Under the pieces are notes generated by a model. It did no database searches and was not told the origin of the DNA. It worked only from the letters and a program-made list of their open reading frames with translations. This document shows positions 16,181 through 26,232 of a stretch of 35,744 nt of DNA, in pieces. Numbering within the stretch: the first letter of the stretch is position 1; each line of letters opens with the position of its first letter. The DNA is taken from contig JAENWX010000003.1 of the NCBI GenBank assembly GCA_016649835.1, forward strand, positions 1-35,744, given 5' to 3'. This DNA is from Minisyncoccota bacterium (lineage in GTDB: Bacteria > Patescibacteriota > Minisyncoccia > Phycocordibacterales > UBA9973). The translations under genes and the position numbers were made by a program.

Positions 16181-17920
16181 CTATGTGTTATAAACTTCCT
16201 GTATTGGTATAAATCCTTTCGTGCTTTTCATTATGGCATCTTCGCGTAGAGTAAGCATTCCCTTTTGACGTGCCGAATTATAAATTACACTTTCTTCTGG
16301 ATTTTTAAGAATGATGCTTTGCATCTCCTTGTCTATTTTAAACATTTCAAAAAGAGCGATACGTCCACTAAGACCACTAGCACTTTCTGGAGAAGCTACA
16401 GCTTCAAAAATAGAATTGCCTAAATTTAATTTAGACCTATATACTTCTGGCAGGTCGGCAAATTGTTTGTCGAACATTTTTTGAGTTGATTCATCTATTG
16501 GAATTTCATGTTTTGAATTTGGATGAATTCTACGAGCCAAACGCTGAGCCATGCAAAGAATAAGAGTAGGGGCAATAAGATATGGGTCTATTCCCATATC
16601 TATAAGACGAGGAATAGCACCTATTGCGTTATTGGTGTGAAGAGTGGATAAAACTAAGTGACCAGTAAGAGCCGCCTGAATAGCTAGCTCTGCTGTTTCT
16701 TTATCGCGGATTTCTCCAACAAGAATAATATCTGGATCCTGACGAAGAATTGAACGCAGTCCAGAAGCGAATGTATAACCGATTTCAGGCATAACTTGTG
16801 ACTGATTAACTCCATCAATCTTGTATTCAACAGGGTCTTCTAGGGAAACAATATTTCTATCTTCTTTATTTAGTTCACCAAGCATAGAATATAGAGAAGT
16901 CGTCTTACCAGAACCCGTAGGACCTGTCATCAATATTAAACCATACGGTCTAGCTAATGCTTCACGAATAAGAACTAAATTTTCCTCTGATAAACCAATA
17001 TCATCAATTTTATGAATACCTCTTTGTGAGTCAAGAATACGCATCACAACCTTTTCTCCGAAATATGCGGGCATGGTAGATACACGAAAATCAATTTTAC
17101 GATTATCTATTTTAGCAGAAAATCCACCGTCTTGAGGTTTTCGTTTTTCGTCTAATCTAAGTTTTGAAAGAATTTTTATACGGGCTACCACTCCATTGAA
17201 TACATTTATAGGTAAGAAAAGTGAGGTATGAAGAATACCATCCACACGAAAACGAACTTTTACTTTATCTCCTGTGTTTTCAATGTGTATATCGGAAGCA
17301 AGTCCTTCCGTGGCACTACGCAATATAACCGCAACAATTTTAATAATCGGAGCATCTTCAACTATTTTTTCTTCTTCTCCTGGTTTTAGGTTATCTGATG
17401 TTTTGGCACTTGATTCAATAGTCACACCTGCGTCTGTTGCGCCTGCGATTTCTGTATCAAGTTCGTTTAAAGCTTGGTCAACTTCTTGAGTAGTATCCCC
17501 TTCATATCTTTCCATTAATTTATTAAAAACAGAAATTGAAATCAAATATAATTTGAAGGGCTTGTTTAGCTTGGATGTAATAAAAGTTAATGCATCTACT
17601 GCTTGAATATTTTCTGGGTCAACTATTCCAACTTCTAAAAAAGAATCTGTTAAGTCGATAGGCACAAAGTGGTATATTTTAGCCGCTCCGATTGGGATAA
17701 GTTGAAGAACTGAAACTGGTACACTTTTTGGATCAACATTTTTAACTGGAACACCAAAAATTTCACCTTTTATTTCAAGGATTTTTTCTTCATCAATATT
17801 AAAGTCGAGCAGCGCTTCATCAATGTTACCGTTGTATTTCTCTTCGGCAATTTTAGTAACTTCAGGCAGCTGGCTCTCTTTAAGAAGACCACGTTTTATA
17901 AGCTCTTCTGTAAGTACCAT
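16181..17920 (-). CDS. pilB: Pilus assembly ATPase (GspE/PilB)
   Basis: ASDIHIE, RFRVDG, PQDG, GPTGSGKTT, LEDPVE, LRQDPDIILVGEIRD, AALTGHLVLSTLHTN. Confidence 0.95.
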   Translation of the reverse strand: MVLTEELIKRGLLKESQLPEVTKIAEEKYNGNIDEALLDFNIDEEKILEIKGEIFGVPVKNVDPKSVPVSVLQLIPIGAAKIYHFVPIDLTDSFLEVGIVDPENIQAVDALTFITSKLNKPFKLYLISISVFNKLMERYEGDTTQEVDQALNELDTEIAGATDAGVTIESSAKTSDNLKPGEEEKIVEDAPIIKIVAVILRSATEGLASDIHIENTGDKVKVRFRVDGILHTSLFLPINVFNGVVARIKILSKLRLDEKRKPQDGGFSAKIDNRKIDFRVSTMPAYFGEKVVMRILDSQRGIHKIDDIGLSEENLVLIREALARPYGLILMTGPTGSGKTTSLYSMLGELNKEDRNIVSLEDPVEYKIDGVNQSQVMPEIGYTFASGLRSILRQDPDIILVGEIRDKETAELAIQAALTGHLVLSTLHTNNAIGAIPRLIDMGIDPYLIAPTLILCMAQRLARRIHPNSKHEIPIDESTQKMFDKQFADLPEVYRSKLNLGNSIFEAVASPESASGLSGRIALFEMFKIDKEMQSIILKNPEESVIYNSARQKGMLTLREDAIMKSTKGFIPIQEVYNT

Positions 17921-17924
17921 TTAT

Positions 17925-18578
17925 TTAGTTTGTAGTAAATGAAATTACATCACCACAATTAGCTAGATTGTTAATTTTTGCACACGCCTTAAAAAAGTAG
18001 GTTGTCTTGGGAGTTAAACCTATTATATTATTCATAAAAGTGCCAACAAGTGACTGCTTAGATGTAACAATTTGAGTTAGACCTTGTACTGTTGCGCCAT
18101 ATTGAAAATAAGTATCTGTGACTACTCCGTTTGAATTAACTATTCCATTCAAAACCGCAGACTTATCTGTGATATCAGAGGGTTCTTCTGTTATTACAAC
18201 TGGAGCAGTACTTTCCATACTAACTGTTGTTGCAGAAATTGGAGCAAAAGGATTTATTCTTCCTGGCTTAACTGGCTCTATTCTTACACTATTATTTTTA
18301 AGTGAATTAAATCCACTTGACTCAAAAATAGAAGTGTCCATTGTTATGTTTTTTAGAGAAACTAGAGTTGTTAGAAAAGCAATATCAGAACTTATATCAT
18401 CTCCTAATGTAGGAATAGTGCTTGGTGAATCTGAAGGAATATTTGAAACTAAAGCCGCACCAAAAGCTACGGGAACTATTTCTCCTGAATTTAAACTATT
18501 TGAAGAATACAAATATACTCCCCCAACTAAAAGAAAGACTGTAGATACTATTAAGAATTTGTTATATTTATTTTTCAT
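17925..18578 (-). CDS. Membrane-anchored pilus-cluster protein with C-terminal fibronectin-III-like domain
   Basis: N-terminal TM helix, GRINPFAP motif, then SAVLNG..FQYG..GLTPKTTYFFKACA. Confidence 0.75.
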   Translation of the reverse strand: MKNKYNKFLIVSTVFLLVGGVYLYSSNSLNSGEIVPVAFGAALVSNIPSDSPSTIPTLGDDISSDIAFLTTLVSLKNITMDTSIFESSGFNSLKNNSVRIEPVKPGRINPFAPISATTVSMESTAPVVITEEPSDITDKSAVLNGIVNSNGVVTDTYFQYGATVQGLTQIVTSKQSLVGTFMNNIIGLTPKTTYFFKACAKINNLANCGDVISFTTN

Positions 18579-18579
18579 A

Positions 18580-19170
18580 TTATTTTAGCCAATAAATTTC
18601 TATTTTTAATGTGTAACTATAAATATTTGGGTTGGTGGTTTCTCCTGCCCCTGCAGAAGGAACCAAAAATGAAATTGATTTAACATCTACTAAGCGTAAG
18701 TTAAGTTCTAAATCTTTTAGGAAATCTACAAAGTCATCGTATCTGCCTTCTATAACGAATTCCATTGGGAAAACTCCATATGGCAAATAATCCTTTGGGT
18801 CCTTTTCTGCAACCACTACATTGTCTTTATTTACTATTCCTTCTTCCAAACTTTTAGTCTCAAACTTTATATCTTTTATAGGCATTCCATGTAGACTTGC
18901 AATCTTTTCTATTTCAAGAATTAGCTGAATATTACCAATAGTTGTAGGTAAAAAATGTTCCAAATTGGCCTTATCTTCATTTTTTACATTTTTATATATT
19001 TCTATTAAGTCATCCCTGGTCTTTTGTAATTCTGTTGAGTTACTAAGAGCAGTATTGTATGTATTTACTTCAGTATTTAACCGTCTTATATCTCCATACA
19101 TAGGATCTGTAAAAACAAAGAATAATGCTATCGAGATAATTATAAACGAAATTGAAAATATTAATCTCAT
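18580..19170 (-). CDS. PilO-like protein
   Basis: N-terminal TM, coiled coil, FLP, GRYDDFVDFLKDLELNLRLVDV. Lies after the pilM and pilN-like genes. Confidence 0.8.
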   Translation of the reverse strand: MRLIFSISFIIISIALFFVFTDPMYGDIRRLNTEVNTYNTALSNSTELQKTRDDLIEIYKNVKNEDKANLEHFLPTTIGNIQLILEIEKIASLHGMPIKDIKFETKSLEEGIVNKDNVVVAEKDPKDYLPYGVFPMEFVIEGRYDDFVDFLKDLELNLRLVDVKSISFLVPSAGAGETTNPNIYSYTLKIEIYWLK

Positions 19171-19174
19171 AAAA

Positions 19175-19831
19175 TTATTGTGTTCTATTATCTAAACCTA
19201 ATGATAATGGATTGGCAGAAGTGTCATTTAAACTCTGGATATTGGTTGGCAAAATATTATTTTTATAAGAAAGAAGACTTGGGTCAACTGTAAATTTAAG
19301 ACTGAAACTAATGTTGTTACTTTTATCTTTTGTTAAATTATAAAATAAAATATTTTTAAATGAACTACCTTTTGGAGTATTAAAAGCATCTGACTGAAGA
19401 ACTATGGATTTGTAATCAAGGGCTATACCTTCTATGATCACTGCAAACCCATCGGCACCTGTCTGCTGGCTAAAATTGGTATATTGAACAGATGGAATTG
19501 TTATCTCCCCTAATAAAGCAAACATCGGAGACATAATGATATGTTTATTTAAAACTTGTTTTGATATTTCAATTCTTTTGTCAAATAAACCCAACTCGTC
19601 TATAGTATCTTTTTCAAAACTATCACGGGCTACCAACAAAGAAGCAGACAGTGACTCTCTTTGTTTTGTTAAATAAGATTTATATAAAAATAATCCAACG
19701 GGAGCTATTATGGAAACTACTAATAAAAAAGTAGCTATTATTGAAAAAAGACTCTTTGGCTCCTTGCTAGTAGAAACAGAAGACGTTATTGGCTTCTTTG
19801 GTATAAATGATGTTTGAAATTGATTTTCCAT
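19175..19831 (-). CDS. PilN-like protein
   Basis: N-terminal TSFIPK, single TM helix, coiled coil. Directly follows pilM. Confidence 0.7.
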   Translation of the reverse strand: MENQFQTSFIPKKPITSSVSTSKEPKSLFSIIATFLLVVSIIAPVGLFLYKSYLTKQRESLSASLLVARDSFEKDTIDELGLFDKRIEISKQVLNKHIIMSPMFALLGEITIPSVQYTNFSQQTGADGFAVIIEGIALDYKSIVLQSDAFNTPKGSSFKNILFYNLTKDKSNNISFSLKFTVDPSLLSYKNNILPTNIQSLNDTSANPLSLGLDNRTQ

Positions 19832-19842
19832 AATATATTTAT

Positions 19843-20979
19843 TTATGATAATTGACGTAGAGCTAAACCAACTGCTACGGAAAACTCGGGTCCACTAACT
19901 TCTAATATTGGTCCGAGAAAAGCTGGTGCTTCTGTTTTGGAAAAAGGATTGCCATAGATAACTTCTATTTTAAAATTTTCTTTAGCACCTTCGAGTAACC
20001 CTTGCAACAGAGAACCTCCTCCGACTAAAATAATTTTACTAATGTTTTTATTATACTTCTTCTCGTACGCAAGCACAACACTGCTGATATCTGAAAAGAT
20101 ATAATCTATGGATAAACTTATTATACTGGCTACTTTTGAATCAATTTTGGCATCTAGTCCAACTGATCTTTTTAATTTCTCTGCTTCTTCAAATGTTATA
20201 GCCATGGACTGTGCAATATTTTTGGTGATATCTTGAGAGCCACGATTTACTACGTGGAACACGCGAACTATTCCCGCTTCTACTATAGACACTTTGGTTT
20301 TAGAAGCCCCGAAGTCTATCAATAAAACTGGAGCCAAGTCGTGGTTGAAAGAAGAACGAATATTACTAAAGATTTCCATTTCAAAAGAATCGGAATGTAA
20401 ATTTGTCTTTTTTAAAATATCTCGATATTTAGATAAGGTGTCATTGTGAATAGCAACAACTAAAACTTCTATGTTTGATTTTACTATACTTTCATTTTCT
20501 GTATCAGTTTCAAATGACTCCGCTTCTTGAGGAATTACAAACCAATCGAGAGCAACTTCTGAAATAGGAACTGGAATATATTTGCGGGCTTCAATAGGAA
20601 TAATTTTTGATAACTGACTTTCGGAGATTTTACCAGGCAAAGAGAGAGTGAAAATCAAACTGGACAATGAAGGGATGGCTATCACCGCACTGTTGGTGGT
20701 TACGTTTGATTCTTTTATAACATCGAGCAGTGCGCGAGCAATGTCTTCTGTTTGTAAATTTGTTACTGCTCCAATATCTGTCTTGCCGTATGGACCAAGA
20801 GAAAGAACGCCGTATGTTTGTAATACAGCTTTACCTCCCTTCTTTTTCAACTGAACAACTTTTATAGAGGAAGACCCAATATCTATACCAAGTGCATCGT
20901 CTTTAAATTTATTTGAGGCAAAAACACTTGATAGACTGGTAAGCCCCTCAGAAAATATTTTTTTTAATGAATTATCCAT
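19843..20979 (-). CDS. pilM: Type IV pilus assembly protein PilM
   Basis: LGIDIGSSSIKVV, EARKYIP, IDFGASKT, ILVGGGS, AVGLALR. Confidence 0.95.
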   Translation of the reverse strand: MDNSLKKIFSEGLTSLSSVFASNKFKDDALGIDIGSSSIKVVQLKKKGGKAVLQTYGVLSLGPYGKTDIGAVTNLQTEDIARALLDVIKESNVTTNSAVIAIPSLSSLIFTLSLPGKISESQLSKIIPIEARKYIPVPISEVALDWFVIPQEAESFETDTENESIVKSNIEVLVVAIHNDTLSKYRDILKKTNLHSDSFEMEIFSNIRSSFNHDLAPVLLIDFGASKTKVSIVEAGIVRVFHVVNRGSQDITKNIAQSMAITFEEAEKLKRSVGLDAKIDSKVASIISLSIDYIFSDISSVVLAYEKKYNKNISKIILVGGGSLLQGLLEGAKENFKIEVIYGNPFSKTEAPAFLGPILEVSGPEFSVAVGLALRQLS

Positions 20980-21024
20980 GTTTAATCAGTATTTATTATA
21001 TCATATCTAGTGTAAAATAAGAAA

Positions 21025-21696
21025 ATGAAATTAAGTATAGATTTCAATCAAATAAAGAATTTTTTATTGGGATTATTTTTCCCCATAAAATGCGTTGGGT
21101 GCCAAGCAGAAAATGAAATACTATGCGCTAATTGTATCAAAAAAATAGGATTAAGTGAACAAAAAATTGACGGAGATATTTTTGCAGTATTTAGCTATCA
21201 AGATGAAATAATAAAAAAAGCTATATGGGAGTTGAAATATCACCAAAAACGTTATATAGGTGACAAGCTGGGTAAATTATTATATGAATATTTAATTGAA
21301 GAAATTTCTGATATTAAAATGGATGTATCAGGCAGGTCTATATATGTCATCCCTACCCCTATCTCAAATAAAAAAATGAGGACTCGAGGTTACAACCAAT
21401 CTTTGGCTATTGTGAAGGGTTTTTGTAGTACAGAAGGAAAAGAAGTTTTTGAAATAAAAAATAAAATAATTAATAAAAAAGTGGATAACATTCCTCAGGC
21501 AAAAATTACAAACAAAAAAAGAAGATTGGAAAATGTGCGAGGGGTTTTTGAAATAAAAAATAAAGAGAGTGTTAAAGGCCGAACTATCATTGTCGTAGAC
21601 GACGTCACAACTACCGGTGGAACGCTAACAGGAATAATGAAAATTCTTAAAAAAGCGGGAGCTAAAAAAGTTTATGGATTTGCAGTGGCGCATTAA
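21025..21696 (+). CDS. comF: ComF family competence protein
   Basis: FPIKCVGC..LCANC, RGYNQS, RLENVRGVF, VVDDVTTTGGT. Confidence 0.92.
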   Translation: MKLSIDFNQIKNFLLGLFFPIKCVGCQAENEILCANCIKKIGLSEQKIDGDIFAVFSYQDEIIKKAIWELKYHQKRYIGDKLGKLLYEYLIEEISDIKMDVSGRSIYVIPTPISNKKMRTRGYNQSLAIVKGFCSTEGKEVFEIKNKIINKKVDNIPQAKITNKKRRLENVRGVFEIKNKESVKGRTIIVVDDVTTTGGTLTGIMKILKKAGAKKVYGFAVAH

Positions 21697-21724
21697 CCTC
21701 CGTCTATTTATAAAGATTAGATAA

Positions 21725-21928
21725 GTAAATTTTAAAATAGCTCTTCTCTGAGGGTACGGAAATTTATTGCTATAAATTTCCTGAAGTGTTCACGCCGACG
21801 CGTTCACCTTCCTTACAGGAACAGTATACCTTTTGGATACTTTGATTACAAAGATATCTCAAAAGTTCTTGCGAAAGCTCCAAGCGTTCGTTTTCTCACC
21901 TCTCTGATAAGACTATTTAAAAATTTAC
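21725..21928 (+). repeat. Structured intergenic element, copy A
   Basis: Closing stem AAAATAGCTCTT/AAGACTATTT, several internal hairpins, motif TGTTCACGCCGACGCGTTC. Confidence 0.65.
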
Positions 21929-21975
21929 CTGACACAATAATTTATTATAAAATAATTAAATTATAGGCTAGAAAC

Positions 21976-22080
21976 AAACAAAATAGTCTTTTAAAAATGC
22001 ATTGCGGAAGGCGTCGGCCTGAGCATAACAAATTTTCAGCAGAAAATTATGTGCGGATTTTTAAAAGAGCTATTTTGTTT
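21976..22080 (-). repeat. Structured intergenic element, copy B (inverted relative to A)
   Basis: The reverse complement reads AAAATAGCTCTT..AATTTTCTGCTGAAAATT..TGCTCAGGCCGACGCCTTC..AAGACTATTT. Confidence 0.65.
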
Positions 22081-22166
22081 TTTTCTTATGTGCTCAAGTG
22101 GTAAAAACCATAGTAATTTATGTTTAGTTTTTATAATTAATATTAAATATGTTATCATTAAAACTA

Positions 22167-23360
22167 ATGTCTAATAAAAATAAAAATTATTGTGTTGATT
22201 GTGGTGGTAGTCAGGTGAACCATACTATTACTTATACTTCTATATTATTAGGAGCTCTTGTCGAACCATGGACAAACTGGATGGGAAACTGGATTCCTAA
22301 AGCATCGTTTGATTGGATGGGTATTCCACTAACTAAAACTTTAACCTTTTTAAAATTAGGAAAAATTTCATACGAACCTAAGAGTGATGACAGTGGCAGA
22401 GCCAGAGTACTTTGGGATGAAGCTATTAAAAGAGAAATAAATATGTACGAGTTTCGTTTGTTTAATATTGGACATGATATTTTTGTATCCAATTATAAAA
22501 ATGATAAAAGATTTTTTGATGTTCTTCCACGACCAAAAATTTATAATCCAAAAGGTTTAGACTGGATGGATAATAAAGGCGAAATGAAAAAGCATTTTGA
22601 AAAAGCTGGAATAAAAATAGCCAAAGGTGGTGTTACTCATTCAACAAAAAATGCTCTTAAAATTTTTAATTCTCTAAATAAGCCAGTAATAACAAAACCA
22701 AATCTAGGCTCACGAAGTCGCCACACAACAACTCACCTGAGTACTCCAGAAGAATTTTTGAAGGCATTTAAAGTTGCCCGCCAGCTTTCACCTTGGGTCA
22801 TGATAGAAGAAGAACTTTCTGGATATGTTTTTAGAGGAACTCTTATTGGAGGAAAGCTAATTGCCGTACTCCGCAGAGAACCTGCTTATATAATAGGCGA
22901 CGGAGTTCACAATGTAAAAGAACTTATAGAAATTGAAAATAAAAATCCACTCAGAGAGGGTCCAATATTTCACCAGCTGTCACTAGATGCGGAAGCCATA
23001 AAAGAATTAACACATTGGGGACACACAGAAAATACAATACCTAAAAAAGATGAAATAATAACTCTTGGACAAAAAACAAGTAGAGCTGTTGGTGGTGGTA
23101 TTATTGACATGACTGATGTTGTTCATCCTGATAATAAAATAATGTTAGAAAGAGTTGCGGAAGTTCTTGATGACCCTCTTATTGGAGTAGACTTTATAAT
23201 GGACGATGTATCTGTCTCCTGGAAGGACCAACCGAGGTGTGGAGTTATAGAATGTAATAGTGCTCCATTTATAGACCTGCACCACTTCCCCCTTGTAGGA
23301 AAACCCCGCGATGTAGCTAGTGCTCTTTGGGATATAGTTTATCCGGAATCTAAAAAATAG
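22167..23360 (+). CDS. ATP-grasp protein resembling the cyanophycin synthetase/GshAB ATP-grasp region
   Basis: DNK..K, PVITKP, RREPAYIIGDG..VKELI..EN..P.R, GVDF, IECNSAP. Start chosen from the upstream -10; the ORF is open from 22149. Confidence 0.8.
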   Translation: MSNKNKNYCVDCGGSQVNHTITYTSILLGALVEPWTNWMGNWIPKASFDWMGIPLTKTLTFLKLGKISYEPKSDDSGRARVLWDEAIKREINMYEFRLFNIGHDIFVSNYKNDKRFFDVLPRPKIYNPKGLDWMDNKGEMKKHFEKAGIKIAKGGVTHSTKNALKIFNSLNKPVITKPNLGSRSRHTTTHLSTPEEFLKAFKVARQLSPWVMIEEELSGYVFRGTLIGGKLIAVLRREPAYIIGDGVHNVKELIEIENKNPLREGPIFHQLSLDAEAIKELTHWGHTENTIPKKDEIITLGQKTSRAVGGGIIDMTDVVHPDNKIMLERVAEVLDDPLIGVDFIMDDVSVSWKDQPRCGVIECNSAPFIDLHHFPLVGKPRDVASALWDIVYPESKK

Positions 23361-23377
23361 AAAAAATAAAAATGTAA

Positions 23378-23419
23378 AATTCCCCCAATCCTACGCTATA
23401 GCGTAGGATTGGGGGAATT
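23378..23419. repeat. Perfect 42-bp palindrome with TACGCTATAGCGTA core between convergent genes
   Basis: AATTCCCCCAATCCTACGCTA|TAGCGTAGGATTGGGGGAATT. May also act as a terminator. Confidence 0.9.
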
Positions 23420-23448
23420 ACAAATTGAAAAATATTTTTTCAAAAAAT

Positions 23449-24450
23449 TCAAATTTTGAACAAAAAATTATTTTTATCAGAAAACAATAACGGAACTCCC
23501 TTGTTATCAATTTTTACATTGCCCACAACAAAAGCTTCAGTGTCTGTATTTTTAATAATCTTTTTAAGCTCGCTGTTATTTTTAATTTGGCTTCTTATTT
23601 TTGCTAACTCCCCCATGTCTTTAAGAACGAGAATTCCTTTTATAAATACTTCCACTCCATCATCTTTATATCTATAACCGCTTCCAATATCACCGGAAAG
23701 AGAGTCCCCGACTATAACCAGCTTTTCTTTTGAAACTGAAATACCCTTGGCCTCGAGTTGTTTTATTAGTTTTGGTATTATAATTTCTTTTCCACCACCT
23801 ACCATATCTTCATCTGTAGCTATATCTATAAATAAATCATTCAAGTTAAGGTATTTTGCAATAGTGTGTACAAATTGTTTTCCGTTTGCTGTCATTCCAA
23901 ACATTGGCACTCCAAGTGTTTGGTAAAGTTTTGCTAAGGCTATAACTGGTATTATTTTAGATGACTGAAATTCTTGTGGATTATTTATAAAAATTTTATC
24001 TGCAATACCTGATGCAATTTCAACATATCTATCCAAATACATTTTTGCAATTTTATGGTCTTCATTTCCTTCACTATCGATTTCCTTACGTTTTATATCA
24101 AGACGTTCTTTTGTATAAACTTCTGGGTCAATCCATTCATTGTATCCAAGACCATAAATTCCATTCATTCTATCAAATTCGCGAAAAGAATTTCCTAATC
24201 TAAATCCTTTAAAATATACATCTTCAATATCATCAAAATCTTTTTCAAAAACTTCTTTAAACAAAATTTTAATAGCTTTGCCATGAATATTTTTTAATTC
24301 TGCTAGAGTTTTATCTATATCAAAAAAAGCCACGGCCATTGGTGTTCCATCGGGTGTTATAGTGATAGATATTTCCTTGTATTTTCCATCAATACCTGCG
24401 AGTTCTGATTTAATTAGAACAGTTGAATTTTTATTCTTTATGTCTTCCAT
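23449..24450 (-). CDS. HAD-superfamily hydrolase
   Basis: Motif I FFDIDKTL, motif II GMTAN, GGGK, motif IV IVGDSLSGD. The ORF is open from 24474. Confidence 0.8.
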   Translation of the reverse strand: MEDIKNKNSTVLIKSELAGIDGKYKEISITITPDGTPMAVAFFDIDKTLAELKNIHGKAIKILFKEVFEKDFDDIEDVYFKGFRLGNSFREFDRMNGIYGLGYNEWIDPEVYTKERLDIKRKEIDSEGNEDHKIAKMYLDRYVEIASGIADKIFINNPQEFQSSKIIPVIALAKLYQTLGVPMFGMTANGKQFVHTIAKYLNLNDLFIDIATDEDMVGGGKEIIIPKLIKQLEAKGISVSKEKLVIVGDSLSGDIGSGYRYKDDGVEVFIKGILVLKDMGELAKIRSQIKNNSELKKIIKNTDTEAFVVGNVKIDNKGVPLLFSDKNNFLFKI

Positions 24451-24961
24451 TTTTTGTGTAATTTTTATCATCAATAGTAATTTCTGAATCAGGAGCTATA
24501 TTAACATCTGCTCTAAGACGAGAGATGTATTTTTTTTGTACAATATAGCGCCCTAAAAACTTTCTGAACTCTTCTATGCGTGCCTCCTCATTTATTTCTC
24601 CGAAATGTTCAAAGGGTTTACTCTCTGGAGTAAATTCATGGTGTCCTCTTATTTCCCCATCTCTAAAAACACGGATATGATATTGCTCATCAAAGCTTTC
24701 TAGCTTACGCCAAGAAAGAACTTGCCCTTTATCGTGCCATGCTACAAAGTGATTTCCAAAACCCCATTCAGTGTGTAAATGGCGTTCTAAATCTTTTAAA
24801 GTTTTTCCTGGAGCAAGCCACCCTATATGATATGGCTGACGGCCCTTTTCATGCCATGCTAAGTGCCATTTTAAAAAATGAGTTTGCATCCATGGAAATA
24901 TAAAGTAAATCTTTTTCCAAATATTTTTTTTTATTCTTTGACTTAGTGTTAAATTGGTCAT
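24431..24961 (-). CDS. Hypothetical protein
   Basis: 176-aa ORF with motif QYHIRVFRDGEIRGHHE. Confidence 0.75.
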   Translation of the reverse strand: MTNLTLSQRIKKNIWKKIYFIFPWMQTHFLKWHLAWHEKGRQPYHIGWLAPGKTLKDLERHLHTEWGFGNHFVAWHDKGQVLSWRKLESFDEQYHIRVFRDGEIRGHHEFTPESKPFEHFGEINEEARIEEFRKFLGRYIVQKKYISRLRADVNIAPDSEITIDDKNYTKNGRHKE

Positions 24962-24968
24962 TTTTATT

Positions 24969-25112
24969 TTATATATTATTTATAGTATAAGCATCTAATA
25001 TTGAATTTATAAAATAAGCTTCTAAAATTTTAGAGAAAACAACATATATAGAAACAACAATAGCAACTAGAATAAAAACTATAATCCAGTATCTAATTAA
25101 TGTCATTTTCAT
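24969..25112 (-). CDS. Small membrane protein, 47 aa (not in the ORF track)
   Basis: MKMTLIRYWIIVFILVAIVVSIYVVFSKILEAYFINSILDAYTINNI*. TGCTATAAT lies 7 nt upstream of the ATG. Confidence 0.55.
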   Translation of the reverse strand: MKMTLIRYWIIVFILVAIVVSIYVVFSKILEAYFINSILDAYTINNI

Positions 25113-25156
25113 AACTGCTATTATAGCATGAAAATTGTAATCTAAAAATAAAAAAA

Positions 25157-25180
25157 CCGCTTCATTTTGAAGCGGCTTTT
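25157..25180. terminator. Terminator after the dksA-like gene
   Basis: CCGCTTCA-TTT-TGAAGCGG flanked by A and T runs. Confidence 0.75.
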
Positions 25181-25199
25181 GTTTTTTAGTTCATCGGTC

Positions 25200-25625
25200 T
25201 TAACGACGTTTATGAACTTTTTTGTTTTTGTCTTCTTCTTTTTTTGCCTCAACACATGTTGTTGCAGTCAAATTAGACAGAAGTCTTTGTTTGGGAATCC
25301 TTTGCCCAGTAATGCGGCAAATCCCATACTGCTTCGAATGCACTCTATTCAGTGCATGTTTTAAATCTACTTCGTGCCTCTCAAAATGACCTATTTCCAA
25401 ATCATTTTGGATCTTAGCCGCTTCATCCTGCCCGGCTTGATCCTGAATGAAAGCTTTTCCTGTATCGTCGGTACCATTTGGGTTTCTACAGGCTCCCTTT
25501 AAAAGAGAGATTTCTTTTTTAACAGCTTCTAGTTTAACTAGAATTAGTTTTTCAAAATTTTTCAATTCTGAGTCGGAAAATCTTACAAATGAAATTTCTT
25601 TTACGCTTGTTTTTACTTTTGTCAT
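25200..25625 (-). CDS. DksA/TraR family protein
   Basis: Coiled coil, then ALNRVHSKQYGICRITGQRIPKQRL...ATTCVEA. Confidence 0.88.
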   Translation of the reverse strand: MTKVKTSVKEISFVRFSDSELKNFEKLILVKLEAVKKEISLLKGACRNPNGTDDTGKAFIQDQAGQDEAAKIQNDLEIGHFERHEVDLKHALNRVHSKQYGICRITGQRIPKQRLLSNLTATTCVEAKKEEDKNKKVHKRR

Positions 25626-25658
25626 GATTATTAAATTTTAATGTTTTTATTTAGTTAT

Positions 25659-25686
25659 ATTATACACTTTTAGGTGAAATTGTCAA
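25659..25686 (-). promoter_or_regulatory. Sigma70 promoter for the dksA-like gene
   Basis: TTGACA-16 nt-TATAAT on the minus strand. Confidence 0.7.
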
Positions 25687-25747
25687 GATACATATATTCC
25701 ACCCTCTTTACTCAAAAAGACCTGTATTTTAAAAGACTAATTATATA

Positions 25748-26055
25748 AGAACGAAAAATCTTTCGAATCTTGCACGCACTAGGTGAGACCGTGAGTACAC
25801 TTTTCGCCTATTACATAGGCAGGTACTTTTCCGCCTATGGCAAGGAAAAGTCTTTCGAATCTTCCTCACGGTTCGATTTACTAATCGCACACGCGAGACC
25901 GTGAATACACTTTTCGGTCCCTACTGGACCAGTACACCTTTTCGTTTCGGTTAACACCGAAAAACGAAAAGCTTTTCGAATCTCGCACGAAAGCCAAGCA
26001 GTTGGCTTTCTCGTCTCCACATATTTAAAAAGCCCTAGCGGGTTTTTTAAATATG
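25748..26055 (-). repeat. tRNA-Ser(GCT) 3' modular trailer
   Basis: Hairpin pairing with the tRNA 3' end, AACTGCTT-loop hairpin at 25989-26010, then two complete and one truncated AGATTCGAA-cassette-TCACGGTCTC modules. Confidence 0.85.
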
Positions 26056-26142
26056 CGGAGCCGGCGAGATTCGAACTCGCGAGGGGTTTTATCCCCTGCA
26101 TCTTTAGCAAAGATGTACCTTAGACCACTCGGACACGGCTCC
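26056..26142 (-). tRNA. tRNA-Ser (GCT)
   Basis: Acceptor GGAGCCG/CGGCTCC, anticodon arm CATCT-TT GCT AA-AGATG, long variable arm AGGGG-ATAAAA-CCCCT, T arm GCGAG-TTCGAAT-CTCGC, G73. Confidence 0.95.
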
Positions 26143-26232
26143 TTAAACACTTTAATACCTTATCATATTTAACATTTTTACTCAAAAAACTCATTTTATG
26201 TTTCAAGATAAATATGCTAATATAAGCAAATT

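Noticed and set aside
23449-23451. Alternative genetic code (UGA as Gly/Trp)
   Set aside because: Long genes translate fully in code 11, Trp uses TGG, and the HAD gene ends plausibly at TGA.
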